A stretch of 64,000 nt of DNA from Nemertoderma westbladi (GCA_032718475.1 JAUCBJ010002077.1:1-64000); one strand, 5' to 3'; positions 48,491 to 61,563 are shown, counted from the stretch's first letter. Translations and numbers: made by a program. Notes: generated by a model not told the origin, from the sequence alone.

Positions 48491-48979
48491 CTGCAAAGCG
48501 CTGTTAGAAACGACTGAACGTTGAACGATGTTTGGTTGCCTAACAGAGTTGGTTAAACTATCTTACTAGAAAGCATTCAGCGTAGAGACACGAGATTGCC
48601 ATTCGGGCTCCGCGAGTTATCATATCCCAATCGCTTTCGTTGACTCGGATTGCCCACATTTGAGTATCGATTCCACCGATTGGATGTAGTTCAATTCTAC
48701 CAGTTGCTTAAAAGATTGGATTATAATGTATAGAGAGACTGATTAATACGGAATACACATTTCAGAGTCATTGAATGTTCATGGATTATTTATTCTAACC
48801 GCCCATGTCAGCATGTGATGAATACCAGGATTTCACTTTTCGGTCGACTTTTTATGTTAATTTTATATATGAAGATTTTTTATTTTTTTTTTAATTTATC
48901 TTTATTAAGTGTTTCATAGCGCTTATTTCTGTCTTATAACCTGTACATATAATAATTCGTTTGTTGTTTGATTAAGATT

Positions 48980-49550
48980 AAGTAATTAATTGGGCAAACA
49001 TTTAATTGCAATTGATTGGTGATTTCAAACTAATTGATTGGGATGGACGCAATTAATTGGATAATTGATTGGGACAGAAGCAATTAATTGGATAATTGAT
49101 TGCTCTGGAAGCAATTATCCAATTAATTGTGTCCATCGCCCAACACAATCAATTATCCAATTATTATCGATCAATTCTACAGTAGAATGTGTTGGTCAGC
49201 GCCCAGCCTTGCAGCATCAGTAATACTTACCGTTTTTCTGTAGGCTATATTGCTTACTATACAGTGCACGAACCAGTACACAAACACAATGTAAAATAAA
49301 CTATCAGTATCAGTCTTATTTACAGCATTAGGCCTACCTAACCTACTGCAGCATCAGTCGTTCATTTCAGTTATCTTGTTAACAGTAGCGGTACTGCGGC
49401 AGTTTGAGCGATATACATGACAGAAAGAAGCTAGGTAGTAACTACCGGTAGTTAGTAATGTCCCATTGGGATTTTTAATCTTCCTGTCAGTATATTAATT
49501 GTTCAGTATGGACTGTAATATAAAGCATTGATATATTATTGATATTGAAT
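48980..49550. repeat. AATTG-rich TIR-type repeat, partial (longer copy 54456-55225)
   Basis: Near identity to 54456-54999; many CAATTAATTG/ATAATTGATTG motifs; GATAACCCTTG end at ~55225. Confidence 0.7.
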
Positions 49551-49932
49551 GCCACGCCGGGTTCACTGTGTCAGGTACGATGCACACATCTCCAACCAGA
49601 CAGTATATAACATGGATGTGTCCTATTGGTTCGCCCATGCTTGACACTAAAACAAAGCCACCTCCGCTTTGCAGGACATTGCTTTCGCCGGGAGCACCAG
49701 CCAGTGCATAATCTTGTACTTTGGCAGCCTCACGGACTGAATAAGCATGGTGGAAAGCCCATGACTTTCTTGAGACGCATCTTAAAGGACACTGGCCTTG
49801 ACGATGCGGATGATCTAGCAAATGTCATGGGTGATAGGGACTTGTGGCGGAGTAATTTTGTCGTCAAGCCGACAGGGTATTCTTAAAAATGCAGCCACAA
49901 TGCAGCATGCCGATCCTAGTAGTAGTAGTAGT
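49547..49932 (+). mobile_element. RTE-like LINE 3' end (duplicated copy)
   Basis: Matches 41553-41937 including the (TAG)n tail. Confidence 0.85.
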
Positions 49933-50916
49933 ATGATTCCACAGTGATTGGATAAGGTGGTATTTCTAAGCGCGATTAAATGTTCGCGTGAACAGACATG
50001 AATTAGAATGATAGTGATTTTCGGCACCACAATGTTCTTTAGGGAAGTGCACCTTGCTGTATGTGGAAACAGACATTTTGTCTGGCTTATTATCTTTGGT
50101 TGTAATAGTAGTGCATCCAGTTGTATTAAAATTTTGAACTTCAATTTTGTATAAAGTAAACTTTTTCCAAAATTTGTCACCCATTTCATAACTACAATAT
50201 TGGATTGTGGATATCTTCACTATGCTGCCTCTATAATCACAATAAACTCAATAAATTTATGTTTCATAAATTCACTACATACAGTAGTAACCCCTAAGAA
50301 AATATGACAGACCCTCAAAGTGTTTGTCAGTAGGGCAAAATATTTTTACTTAATTTAATAGTTTTTAATAAATTTACAATAAATAATAAAATAAATTCCT
50401 TTAAATTAGCTCATAAAACTTTGATTTCATTACATTTTGATATGCTGAATCTTGAATACAATGGAAAATTCTAACATAACACTTGAAACATGTGATAATA
50501 CAACATGTGGTTGTGCAGTCAATGATGCACTGGGTGTAACAGATATACTGAAATGTATATTAAATTATGAATTAAATTTAAATTTATTTAAATTTATTTA
50601 ATTTTATTTAAATTTATATATTAAATTATAAAATAGATTTGGTGAATTTCAAAACAAAATAGAGTAGGCCTACCCTATATGGCCAAATGTCCAAGATCTG
50701 ATGATAGTCTTCTATGATTCAGTAAGCATAACCCCTAATAAATCAGTTAGTAGTCTTCTATGATTCAGTAAGCATAACCCCTAATAAATCAGTTAGTAAG
50801 TGTATCATATATGGAATGAACCTCTGTGTAAAATAATTATTCTTCAGTTATTAATTAATTATTGGGATTGGAGTTTCAATTAACTAGAGCTAAACAATTA
50901 TACATTTATGGAAGTT

Positions 50917-52380
50917 TCAGTTCCTTGGCAAAGCTTTAATCTTGTATGGTAGTGGTTCAAAACCGAAACCAGGTTTGATGTCAGATAGACTGGGAAGATC
51001 TTCACCAGGAACTATTGTAAATCTGTAAAGTAAATGAGATACAAACAGTTTGAGCTCAACTATAGCTAGTCGCTCTCCAACGCACTTCCTCGGCCCCAAT
51101 CCAAATGGCACAAACTCTTTCGGTTTTATGAGATCTCCATCATCCGAAAGAAAATGTTGAGGGAAAAATTTACCAGGATATTTCCATATGCTAGGGTCCC
51201 GCATGATGCTCCAAATGCTAACTACTACAGTATCACTTGTCTTTATTTTGTACGAACCGATTTTTGTTGATTGATTAGCACCATGTGGCAAAGTTGTAGG
51301 TAGCGCGACTCCCAATCTCATTGTCTCAAACAGACAGGCTTCTAGGTACGGTATATTAGATACATCATCGAGAGTTGGCATTCTTGATCTCCCTACATGA
51401 TCATCTAAAAGCTTCTGACATTTTCTTTGTATTTCCGGGTAGGTGGCCATTATCAGAAAGAACCAAGACAATGTCGACGCTGTTGTTTCGCTTCCAGCAG
51501 TAATTAAATCACTAATAACAGCAGCAAGGTTGGAATCACTATAGAAATTAGCCTTGTTGATATTGTTAGAGTTAAGATGTTTTCTTTCTTCCATTAAGTG
51601 ATTGTCTACGAAATCCACAGGGCGTTTGGAATAGTCAATGTTTTCTCGATGTTCTTCAATATACTTCCGAAAGCTACGTGCTAATTTACCCAACAAATAA
51701 TATAATGTATTTTTTTCGCCATATATCAAATTCGCCATTAACTTTGGCACTAGGAATGTTATGCTCGCTGTCTGATTCATTTTCGATATTTCTACAAAAA
51801 GATTATCGAGAAATGGGTCATTGTATTCAAACTTTTGATGGAAAAGTACATCACATATAATATTTGCTGACATTTTGCGTAAAATATTCGATGGATAAAA
51901 ATGCTCATGTTCTTTAAATGATATCCATTCACAGAGGTGAGATACCTCATCTACGACAATATCTTCCATGGTACGATCTCTGGTACGTTCCTGGTTCAAA
52001 AGGGATTGGTTAACAATCTTCCTGTTACGAACCCAAGTCGTACCAGATCCTAATACTATACCGCTGTTAAAATCTGACACTGCTGCTGGTCTCTCTGAAA
52101 ATATTTTCATATTTTCCAGAAGAGCTTGTTTAGCAAATGAAAAGTTATTTAAAACAATAATATTTCTTCCGGGTATAGGTATTCTAAAAATATCTTCACC
52201 AATATCTTTACAGCATTTCTGTACTTCACGCGCAGGCCACATCACTCCATTTCTCTTAATATTGTAAGCAACAGCAACTATGAAGGACAGGTTGGGGAGT
52301 TGGGGACGACATATGTCATTCGACATAAACCAAATGCATAGACATATTGCCAACAGGGGAATGATAATTGCAATAAACAT
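50917..52380 (-). CDS. Cytochrome P450, clan 2 (CYP2-like), single exon, copy B
   Basis: About 97% identical to copy A, with canonical AGSETT, ETMR, PQHF and FGLGPRKCVG. A 1-nt insertion puts the upstream ATG out of frame. Confidence 0.9.
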   Translation of the reverse strand: MFIAIIIPLLAICLCIWFMSNDICRPQLPNLSFIVAVAYNIKRNGVMWPAREVQKCCKDIGEDIFRIPIPGRNIIVLNNFSFAKQALLENMKIFSERPAAVSDFNSGIVLGSGTTWVRNRKIVNQSLLNQERTRDRTMEDIVVDEVSHLCEWISFKEHEHFYPSNILRKMSANIICDVLFHQKFEYNDPFLDNLFVEISKMNQTASITFLVPKLMANLIYGEKNTLYYLLGKLARSFRKYIEEHRENIDYSKRPVDFVDNHLMEERKHLNSNNINKANFYSDSNLAAVISDLITAGSETTASTLSWFFLIMATYPEIQRKCQKLLDDHVGRSRMPTLDDVSNIPYLEACLFETMRLGVALPTTLPHGANQSTKIGSYKIKTSDTVVVSIWSIMRDPSIWKYPGKFFPQHFLSDDGDLIKPKEFVPFGLGPRKCVGERLAIVELKLFVSHLLYRFTIVPGEDLPSLSDIKPGFGFEPLPYKIKALPRN

Positions 52381-53499
52381 TATACAACATATTTGTGTGC
52401 AGCTATGTTCTTTTGGATTAATAGTTAATCAAACCATTTATATATGTATTTAATTTCAATTTCTAAACAAAATTTCAAAAATAAACACTGAATATCTCAT
52501 ATAGTTTACCATTAGCACAATTAGGACCTAATAATATGTACTGGTACAATAATAACTTAGTTGACTGTTGAAGCTCGGCCTGCTGATAATTTATTACACA
52601 AGACATCGAAGTGTCCATAATTATTGTTATAAAAACAGCTGATGCTAAATCAAGGATCAAAAAAATAAAATAATCTTCAATTTAATATTGTAACAAAGCA
52701 AACAACATTGCTTAACAACTGACCTGCACCATGTTATAATTGAACTTGCAAGGCTATTATTAGTCTTTGTAGGAGTGTATATCTGCAATGACACTTGATT
52801 ACTTATACGTTCCCGCTTGATTCTTCAAATTAAGGTTTCCAAACTTTTTTATTTACATTAAACTATTTCATATAAGTCACAAAAATAAGCGATTAAATTT
52901 TGTGGCATCAATTTGTAGTATATACAGTACGGTAGGTGGACAATAGTTACAACCTATAATATATTTGTGAAGATGGGGCTCGCAATACAAACATACAACA
53001 CAAGAACAGGAAATATTTTAAGTAGTTGCGATTAGTGAACTTTGCACGCCTGGTATAGGATTTGATTATGATGGTATAATTATGATTGTAAGTGCTGATT
53101 ATGATACATATTAGGTATTGTTTGCATTTGCTTGGCTAATAGAGTTTATTTGTGTGTGATAAGTTTATTATCCAATAGCTGTTCAATGTGCAAGACCAAG
53201 AGCATCCTTCAATTGTAAATCTCGAGGTGGATATGACACTTGGGAATTTCGGCATGAATTTCGGCGTGAATTTCGGTGCAGTTAAAATCTGACTAGAAGC
53301 TATATAAGTTGTGCACTGTTACGCCGATGAGCAAAATGCTACTGCTTCGGCCATTTTTTTATACTGCTGTACTTTGGGAACTACTTGCCTTCTGTGAGCA
53401 AAGATTCCGCCGCCAGCCGCTAGGGGGAGGCTACAAATTTTCAAATTTTACTATGAAGGCTATTTGGCCTTCCATACAGTGGTTGACCATGACAAGACA

Positions 53500-54228
53500 T
53501 GTTTAGAGGGAGCCCAACGGCTCCTCAGCTCATTAGAACATGCTGCTTCTAGTGTTGGTCTTTTTATTAACTCCAGAAAGACCAAAATTCTGACAGTTCA
53601 CTTTGAAAGTCCTCAGCAAGTCTCTGATCGGATGAGCATAAGCTCAAAGGATGGTATGCTTGAGCATGTGGACGACTTCTGTTACCTGGGATCATGGATC
53701 CGGAAGTCAGGTGAGGACCTTCGAATACGTAAGGGAAATGCATGGGCAGCCTTGAATAGGCTTTCCAGGATTTGGAAGTCACCTAGAATTAATCGGAAAC
53801 TTAAGGTCCGATTATTTAGAGCAGCAGTAGTTCCAGTACTCCTCTGCGGGAGTCCATGCTGGGCTCTAACTGCTGAGGACACCAAATCTCTGGATGGCAC
53901 ATTCACAAGAATGCTACGCCGGGTTCATTGTGTCAAGTACAATGCACACATCTCCAACCAGACACTATATAACATTGGAGGTGTCTCATTGGATTGCTTT
54001 CGCCGCGAGGACCAGCTAGTGCATAATCTTGTACTTTGGCAGCCTCATGGAGTGAATAAGCATGGTGGACAGCCAATGACTTTCTTGATACGCATCTTAA
54101 AGGACACTGGCCTTAAAGATGCGGATGATCTAGCAAATGTCATGGGTGATAGGGAGTTGTGGCGGTGCAATTTTGTTGACAAGCCGGCACAGCATTCTTA
54201 AAAATGCAGCTGCAATGCAGCATGCCGA
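53500..54228 (+). mobile_element. RTE-like LINE fragment
   Basis: GLFINSRKTK, VDDFCYLGSW, RIRKGNAW, KVRLFRAAVVPVLL.G..CW; same family as 41040-41937. Confidence 0.88.
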
Positions 54229-57200
54229 AATATCGAAATATGACAAAATATCAATATTATCATGTAACACTAATTGACAGCAATTAAAAAAAAGGTTCAT
54301 ACCCCCCCCCCCCCCCCCCCCCCCCTTTTTGATCTATACTTCCAGCTCCCTCATTCCAAGGCATGCTTGCTATTACCTAGCCTAGCTGGGAACCAGTCCC
54401 ATCTCACCAACGTTATAATGTAAGCCAACTACAGTGGTATTATACTGTAAGTCACCCAATTAATTGATTGGTGATTTCAAAATAATTGATTGGGATGGAC
54501 GCAATTAATTGGATAATTGATTGGGACAGACGCAATTAATTGGATAATTGATTGCTCTGGAAACAATTATCCAATTAATAGTGTCCATCGCCCAACACAA
54601 TCAATTATCCAATTATTATCTATCAATTCTACAATAGAATGTGTTGGTCAGCGCCCAGCCTTGCAGCATTAGTAATATTACCGTTTTTCTGTAGGCTATA
54701 TTGCTTACTATACAGTGCACGAACCAGTACACAAACACAATGTAAAATAAACTATCAGTATCAGTCTTAATTACAGCATTAGGCCTACCTAACTTACTGC
54801 AGAGCATCAGTCGTTCATTTCAGTTATCTTGTTAACGGTAGCGGTACTGCGGCAGTTTGAGCGATATACTTGACAGAAAGAAGCTAGGTAGTAACTACCG
54901 GTAGTTAGTAATGTCCCATTGGGATTTTTAATCTTTCGGTCAGTATATTAATTGTTCAGTATGGACTGTAAAAGCATTGATATATTATTGATATTGAATA
55001 GTCAGCCATAATAAAGAAATTATGTAAATATTATATTTTCAACTTTTTTAAAATAATTGGCAATTAATTGCAATTATTTGAATAATTGATTTTGTGAATT
55101 GACAATTACAATTAATTGATTGGCTCAAGACTTTCATTGCCATTAATTGATTGATTTAATTTCCAATTGCAATTAATTGATTGATAGCATGCAATTAAAT
55201 TGCAATCAATTTTTGATAACCCTTGCTAGAAAGTAGCCAGTTGGAATTAAATAGTGTAATAAATAGTGAGTAGATAGTCAGATAGTAAAAAGCAGCAAGA
55301 AGCGAGAGAAAGTGTTTCATTAAGGTTTCTTTGTACAATAACTCGCGAATTTTATTGATTTACTTTCTACTCTCCCTCTACTTTACACAATGTCGTGAAA
55401 TAACCTATTTAAATTCAGGTAGATGTAGGCTAAAGTACCCTCTATTTTTGTCGAAATCTTAATGACATCTTCGTATGAAATTTGAAACAGAGATACAGTA
55501 TATAGACTCCCCTATATTTTACTGGGTTAGAACAAACTGACAAATGTACATTTTCGCTTTAGATATTTAACTGCAATCGTTTAGAATACATAGTAAGTGT
55601 CTCCGCCGATATTGCACTAGTCGTATACATTCAACACAGGTAATCTTCGTCCATATACAGTATATAGCTGGACCTGGAACTGATGGATATATCAATACGA
55701 GGATTCTAAATCTATTGCAATCCCGAATTTCAATAAGAAATAGCATTATGTCGTCGTTCGAAAGTTTACATGCTTCCCCCCTGTCAGCCTGTGCAAGACT
55801 ATTATTTAATTTAATATCAAAACATTCCAAAATAAATAATTCCAAATAACAAATACATTCCAAACAGCCAAATATAAATAAATAGAAAAACAATACTCTA
55901 GACAGTCTAGAATACGAAACTATACAGTCAGCGGGGTATAACTTTTGCGTAGAGGTATAGCCTACATAGAGGCTACGTGTAGATGCACGTGTAGGGTGAA
56001 TGTAGGTAGGTATTTAAAAACAACAATGATGAATGAATAGGCCTACACGGGGTACCCGGACCCGAACTTCCTCGATGAGATGCGAATGCGGCGAACGGGG
56101 GTGGTACCCGGAACAACCACGAAGAGATGCGCATATGGAGGGCGGTGGTACCCGAAACAACCAGGAGGAGATGCGAATACGTCGAATGGGGGTCCCCTGA
56201 ATACCCACGAGACGGAGCCTATCAATACTACAGTACTGACAGAGGAAAAAACGACTGAACGATATACCGATACATACTGTAGATCTTATGATCCTGCGGG
56301 TTCAGGCATGGAGGCTTATGACTTTGTATGGGCCGAACGACCCGAACCTGATGTTTCCGCAGTCAAGGAGGAATCGACTAACGGTTAGGGTTAGAACTCG
56401 TCGTCGGTGTCCATGAGGGTCTGAGGATGAGTGGGTAATTCAACAAAACGCTAACAATGATACTGGACTGACTGATTGAACCAGAGTGGCGATGGTAGTC
56501 GCTGATGTATATATATTATATATATTATATATATCATGTATTGATTGTTAGTAGATATTTTTTTATAGTATTTGTTTATTAAATTGTCTTCAATGTCTAT
56601 ATTGATAATATTGTGTGCTGTGCTGATTATACTTATTTTTCATTTTATAAATCTTGCTGTGGCCGTTTTAATCTACTAAACTGCCGTATCAATTTCATGA
56701 TATTTTAATGGATATGCAATTTAACTTCTTCTTTCTATTAACTTTCAATGCAATCAAATATAACTGTAAAGCTATTGACTTTCGTGTTATTGTTTTGCTG
56801 TTACTTCGAGATGGGATTTGAATCCCATCGGATTACTGATTAAATCCCATCATCGAGATGGGAATACTTTATAATGAAACAGTGTGGTGGTCCGCGGGAT
56901 AGTGGGAAGGGATGGGACTGTTGCTGGTTGGTGGAATGTGACTACCTGAAAAATTAAAACAAACAAAACTTCCAGACTTCTATATTTTTACTTTCAAAAC
57001 AAAACGTCCAAAACATTTCAATGCTGAAGTAGTGTTCAAGTCCCATGGATGTACAGTATGGTTGATAAACAGATAAAGAGGGGCAGAGGGGGTCAGGGTT
57101 TCTGGTAGACTATAGTCCCCGCGATGATAGCTGTTCTTGTTTAGGTTACTCTTACTCAATAAACATATAAATCAGAACGATTTAATCTAATGGAACGATG

Positions 57201-57480
57201 CCTTTCGTGGCGTTAGCATACTCAAATTTATTAGGGCATAATATTTATGACGAGTAAGGGACTTTAGTATAATCAGAACGCGATGTTTGATATTTATACA
57301 GTACTGCAGTATGCAGTAAAACCTGTTGTCTGACAGCAGACAGGTCTGCAGGTTGATGTACCGTATTGTACCGTGGAGATCAGAGATTATTGCCATACAT
57401 CCTGATTGACGACCGTGTATCACGTTACTGCAAGTTGACACATAAATTACATTAATATCTATAGGACTACACCTACTCTC

Positions 57481-58685
57481 CCAAATCTCTGGATGGCACA
57501 TTCACAAGAATGCTACGCCGGGTTCATTGTGTCAAGTACAATGCACTAGGGCTCGATCGGAGTTGGGATTTGGCCGGAGCCGGAGCAGGAGCCGGAGTTG
57601 GACAATTTGGCCGGAGCAGGAGCCGGAGTTTTTCAAAAATTTTAAAAATCAAAAATTTTCAAAAATTTATTTAAAAAAAAAATAAAGTACGGTATGGTTA
57701 TCGTAGGCCAATCGCTCATAATCAATCATACTGTAGGTCTAATTAATTTCATAATTTATAGATTTACGAATTTTCAATTTAAATTTAGTAATTAATCTAT
57801 CACGGACAGACGGCCTGCCGCTGACGGCGACGGCCTGACGGCTAAAAATTACCTACAGTACCTAACTCACTAACTGTCTAACTGTGGTAGAGGTGTGTAC
57901 TGTAGGTAGCCTACCGCTGTACCGTACGTGTACCAGTACTGCAGTACAGTATGCTGACATGACAGCAGTAAATGGCTGTCGTGGTACAGTCTGACAGTGT
58001 ACAATCATAGCATTTACAATTTTTTACAGTAGGGCCTATCTGTAACAGTCTGCTAGTCAGCCAGCTGGCCAGTACCAGTACTACATACGACAGTACAGTC
58101 AACTGTCAGTCAGTCATTGACTTTAAGTAAATACGGCAGTATTATCAGATTATACTTGAGATTGAAGCTGTACTACAGTACCTACTTATAGTGTTAAATA
58201 ATTGTTCAGATTAGAATATGCACGAAATATAATACTTTATTAAAAAATTAACTCCGGCAATATTTTTACCGGAGCCGGAGCCGGAGGTGCCAAAATGGCC
58301 GGAGCCGGAGCCGGAGGCCGGAGCTCCGATCGAGCCCTACAATGCACACATCTCCAACCAGACACTATATAACATTGGAGGTGTCTCATTGGTTCCCCCA
58401 AGCTTGACACTAGAACAAAATCGCCTCCGCTTTGCAGGACATTGCTTTCGCCGTGAGGACCAGCCAGTGCATAATCTTGTACTTTGGCAGCCTCATGGAG
58501 TGAATAAGCATGGTGGACAGCCCATGACTTTCTTGAGACGCATCTTAAAGGACACTGGCCTTAAAGATGCGGATGATCTAGCAAATGTCATGGGTGATAG
58601 GGAGTTGTGGCGGTGCAATTTTGTTGACAAGCCGGCACAGCATTCTTAAAAATGCAGCATGCCGATCCTAGTAGTAGTAGTAGTA
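57481..58685 (+). mobile_element. RTE-like LINE 3' end interrupted by a hAT MITE
   Basis: 57481-57546 plus 58340-58685 reconstitute the LINE 3' end with its (TAG)n tail. Confidence 0.85.
57547..58339. mobile_element. hAT-superfamily MITE
   Basis: TIR TAGGGCTCGATCGGAG / CTCCGATCGAGCCCTA; 8-bp TSD CAATGCAC (57539-57546, 58340-58347); subterminal CCGGAG repeats. Confidence 0.92.
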
Positions 58686-60109
58686 CACCTACCTACATTC
58701 ACCCTACACGTGCATCTACATGTAGGCTACACATACCTACATGTAGCCTCTATGTAGGCTATACCTCTACGCAAAAGTTATACCCCAGTCAGCGGTCCGT
58801 CATGGGCGTATATTCCTACAATATTATACTGTATCGTATCCCTGAGTCAGTGAGTGTTAAAACTGAAAGTATCGGTACTTATTGACTTACTGATGTACAG
58901 TAATATGAACCAAGGCACACTGCAGCTTGAAAACATTTTCAGATTTTTGAATACTGCTGTACTGGTTAATACGGTTTTGATGTAGGCTGGTAGGGCCAGA
59001 CATGCTGCCTTTTTAATAAGCTGGCAAGTTCAGAAGTAGGCCTACATTTGCTTCATTACTCGGTTACGCGAACCCGAACTGCAGTCAGGCTGTCAGGCAG
59101 TTGCAGTACACAGCTGCACAGGCAGAGAGGGTACCGGCAGTAGGGAACATACCCTTACACCTTAAATAAGCTCCAAAAGTGGGTTCTTATTTAAGGAAAA
59201 TGGCTCTTATTTAGGGGTTTTTGGGCCTTTTTTGGATATTTTTTCGATATAATATGCAATAAATTGTTTCAGGAAAAAATACCGCATAATTTTATTTCAC
59301 AATGTAAAAGTTTGGTCTTTCTTGAACATAATGCAAAAAACCAGAAAACATTTCACCGTCCGGTTTTTTTTCTACAAGCGTTTTAAAATTGCATCAAAAC
59401 GATCGAGATTGTATCGAGATTGTACATATAAATACTAAAAGTCCTTAAATAAGAACTTTTTGACATGGGTTTCTTATTTAGGTATACAATTTCATTCCAA
59501 AATCTGCATACTCCTTATCCTTAAATAAATTAAATATTTTATCATTTCTCATATATTGAATAAATTAAATAAAAAAATTAAATTACTAAAATAAATTAAA
59601 TTAAATATCCCTATATAATGTATCTTATAACCTCGTCTCCCAGCCTCGTCCTCCTTCTGCCCTTTATCTGCTTATGACAGTTATGTATGACCTAACTCCC
59701 TAACCTGGACAGGACATTGCAAGACTGCATAAGGGAGCTTCTGAACTTAATTTGATAGGTGCAAAAATGCACAACGAGCAACAATGGCCGAACAACAACG
59801 AGCAACAACTGAACAATGAGTAACAAAACAACGAGCAACAACGAGTAACATTGAGCAACAATGAGCAATAATAAAGTACAACAACAAGCAAACGAGTAAT
59901 AATGAGGAACAATGACTGAACGAGCAACAATGAGCAACAACGAGTAACATTGAGCAACAATTTTGATTTTGATTTTTTGATTTATATTTCTAATTAATGT
60001 ATTGTTATACTGTTATATTATAATTAATAGTAGTTGGATAAAATCGATTTATATCGAGCGAGCGGGAATTCGAGCAGCACGTGATCAGATACTTACTCGA
60101 AATAATTCA

Positions 60110-60945
60110 ATAGTAGGTCAGATAATGGGTCTGACTGTTAGTTTTTGCTTTAAATTTTGAAATATAGTCTTCTGCCCGGATATCGTTTGAAAAAATGTAT
60201 TTTTATCAAAAAACTAATTGTCAGACCACCTTGAGGACCATTTAAAATTTTAATTTATTAGAATTTTAAAATGAGTCATACACGCTCTAGAACATCTAGT
60301 TTACTCTTCAAATTTTGACATGGCGCTCATTTTGTGTCAAAGATGTCAGGTAAAAAAGCTCATGAACATAGCTATAATCAGAGCTCTCCACCAGAGCCTC
60401 CAATATTGCATTTTTTGACATTTTTCAGATTCTTCACCCAGATATTCAGTCATACAGACTATCTGATTATCAGTTTACCTACTAAAGTTATATGATTCGA
60501 ATCATTATGAGTCACTCTAACCGGGAAAACTAAAATAACAGATAAACTAGTTGTCAGACTAATGTACTGAGGTCTCAAATGTGGACATTTTTCAAAAATT
60601 CGCATTTTTGAGGCAACTTTGAAATCGTCTGACAACTTTCTGATTAATAGTTTATTCATTTAGTAATAAAAATATTGAAGTTCAGGCATCGTTTATTTAG
60701 AATCACATACAATTAACATTAAACTGATAATCAGATCAACTGCAGACACCACTTCAAATAATGTACTTCACTGGTTTTTGGAATTTCGCCAAATTTAAAA
60801 CATCAATATTTCGAGAACGGCTAAACCAAATCGGCTGAAATTTTCACCACATCGTTTTTTCACTAGAATTGATAAGTGGTTAAAATTTCGTCAAAAATTT
60901 CCGACCCTTGCCACACCGATTGGTCGAATTAGCATGGAATGACCC
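60110..60945. mobile_element. One end of a DNA transposon (GGGTCATTCCATG terminus, possibly hAT5-like)
   Basis: Ends CATGGAATGACCC at 60945, abutting the minisatellite. The other end was not found and the left boundary is approximate. Confidence 0.45.
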
Positions 60946-61202
60946 GTTGTTGCTCGTTGTTGTACTTTATTATTGCTCATTGTTGCTCAATGTTACTCGT
61001 TGTTACTCATTGTCATTGTTGCTCATTGTTACTCGTTGTTCATCATGTCCTCGTTGTTGCTCATTGTTGCTCGTTGTTTCTCAATGTTACTCGTTGTTGC
61101 TCGTTATTACTAGGATGGCTAAAACGTCTGTCCTTATCTGATCTGATCTGATCTGATCTGACGGTATCTGACACTTGTTCCACCTTGCAGCCTTGGTTCA
61201 GA

Positions 61203-61375
61203 GTCCACCTTGGTGTAGTGGTTATATTGAATTCACGTCTCGTGGAGGTTGTGGGTTCAATCCCGGCATGGGGGCCAAGGTAGTTTTCGTTTCGGCACGA
61301 ATGTTTTTAAGGGTTTAACGAGGAATCTCTGCCTTGCATCCTTAAATGATAGCTAAATGAGTACTGGAGTTTCTG
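61203..61375 (+). mobile_element. tRNA-derived SINE
   Basis: Pol III A box TGGTGTAGTGG (61211) and B box GGTTCAATCCC (61254), followed by a non-tRNA body. 3' boundary approximate. Confidence 0.65.
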
Positions 61376-61563
61376 CCCATGTCAGCATGTGAAGTTTCCC
61401 CGGTATTCCCCTTAAACACGGGGGGGGGGGGGGGGCGGGTCAATATAACACCTCCCCCTCTGAAACAACGATACTAACTGAAACGAACTAAAAGGAATTC
61501 AAATAAAATAAGCTAGAAATTTTAAACTTGTTTTTAGCGGCTGGAGCCAAATTTTGATGCCGG

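Larger units (their letters stand above)
41553..54999. repeat. Tandem duplication of the CYP locus: 41553-49550 and 49547-54999
   Basis: Shared LINE 3' end, CYP gene, upstream region and AATTG-rich repeat. The junction has 4-bp GAAT microhomology. The units differ by large indels (42505-44080 only in unit 1; 46921-48980 vs 53403-54455). Confidence 0.88.
55934..58785. mobile_element. MULE-like element with internal cargo (Pack-MULE-like)
   Basis: ~80-100-bp TIRs GGGTATAACTTTTGCGTAGAGG...; 9-bp TSD CAGTCAGCG (55925-55933, 58786-58794). Confidence 0.88.

Noticed and set aside
61203-61275. tRNA gene
   Set aside because: A and B boxes are present, but there is no convincing anticodon arm or cloverleaf and it continues into a repeat body, so it is called a SINE.
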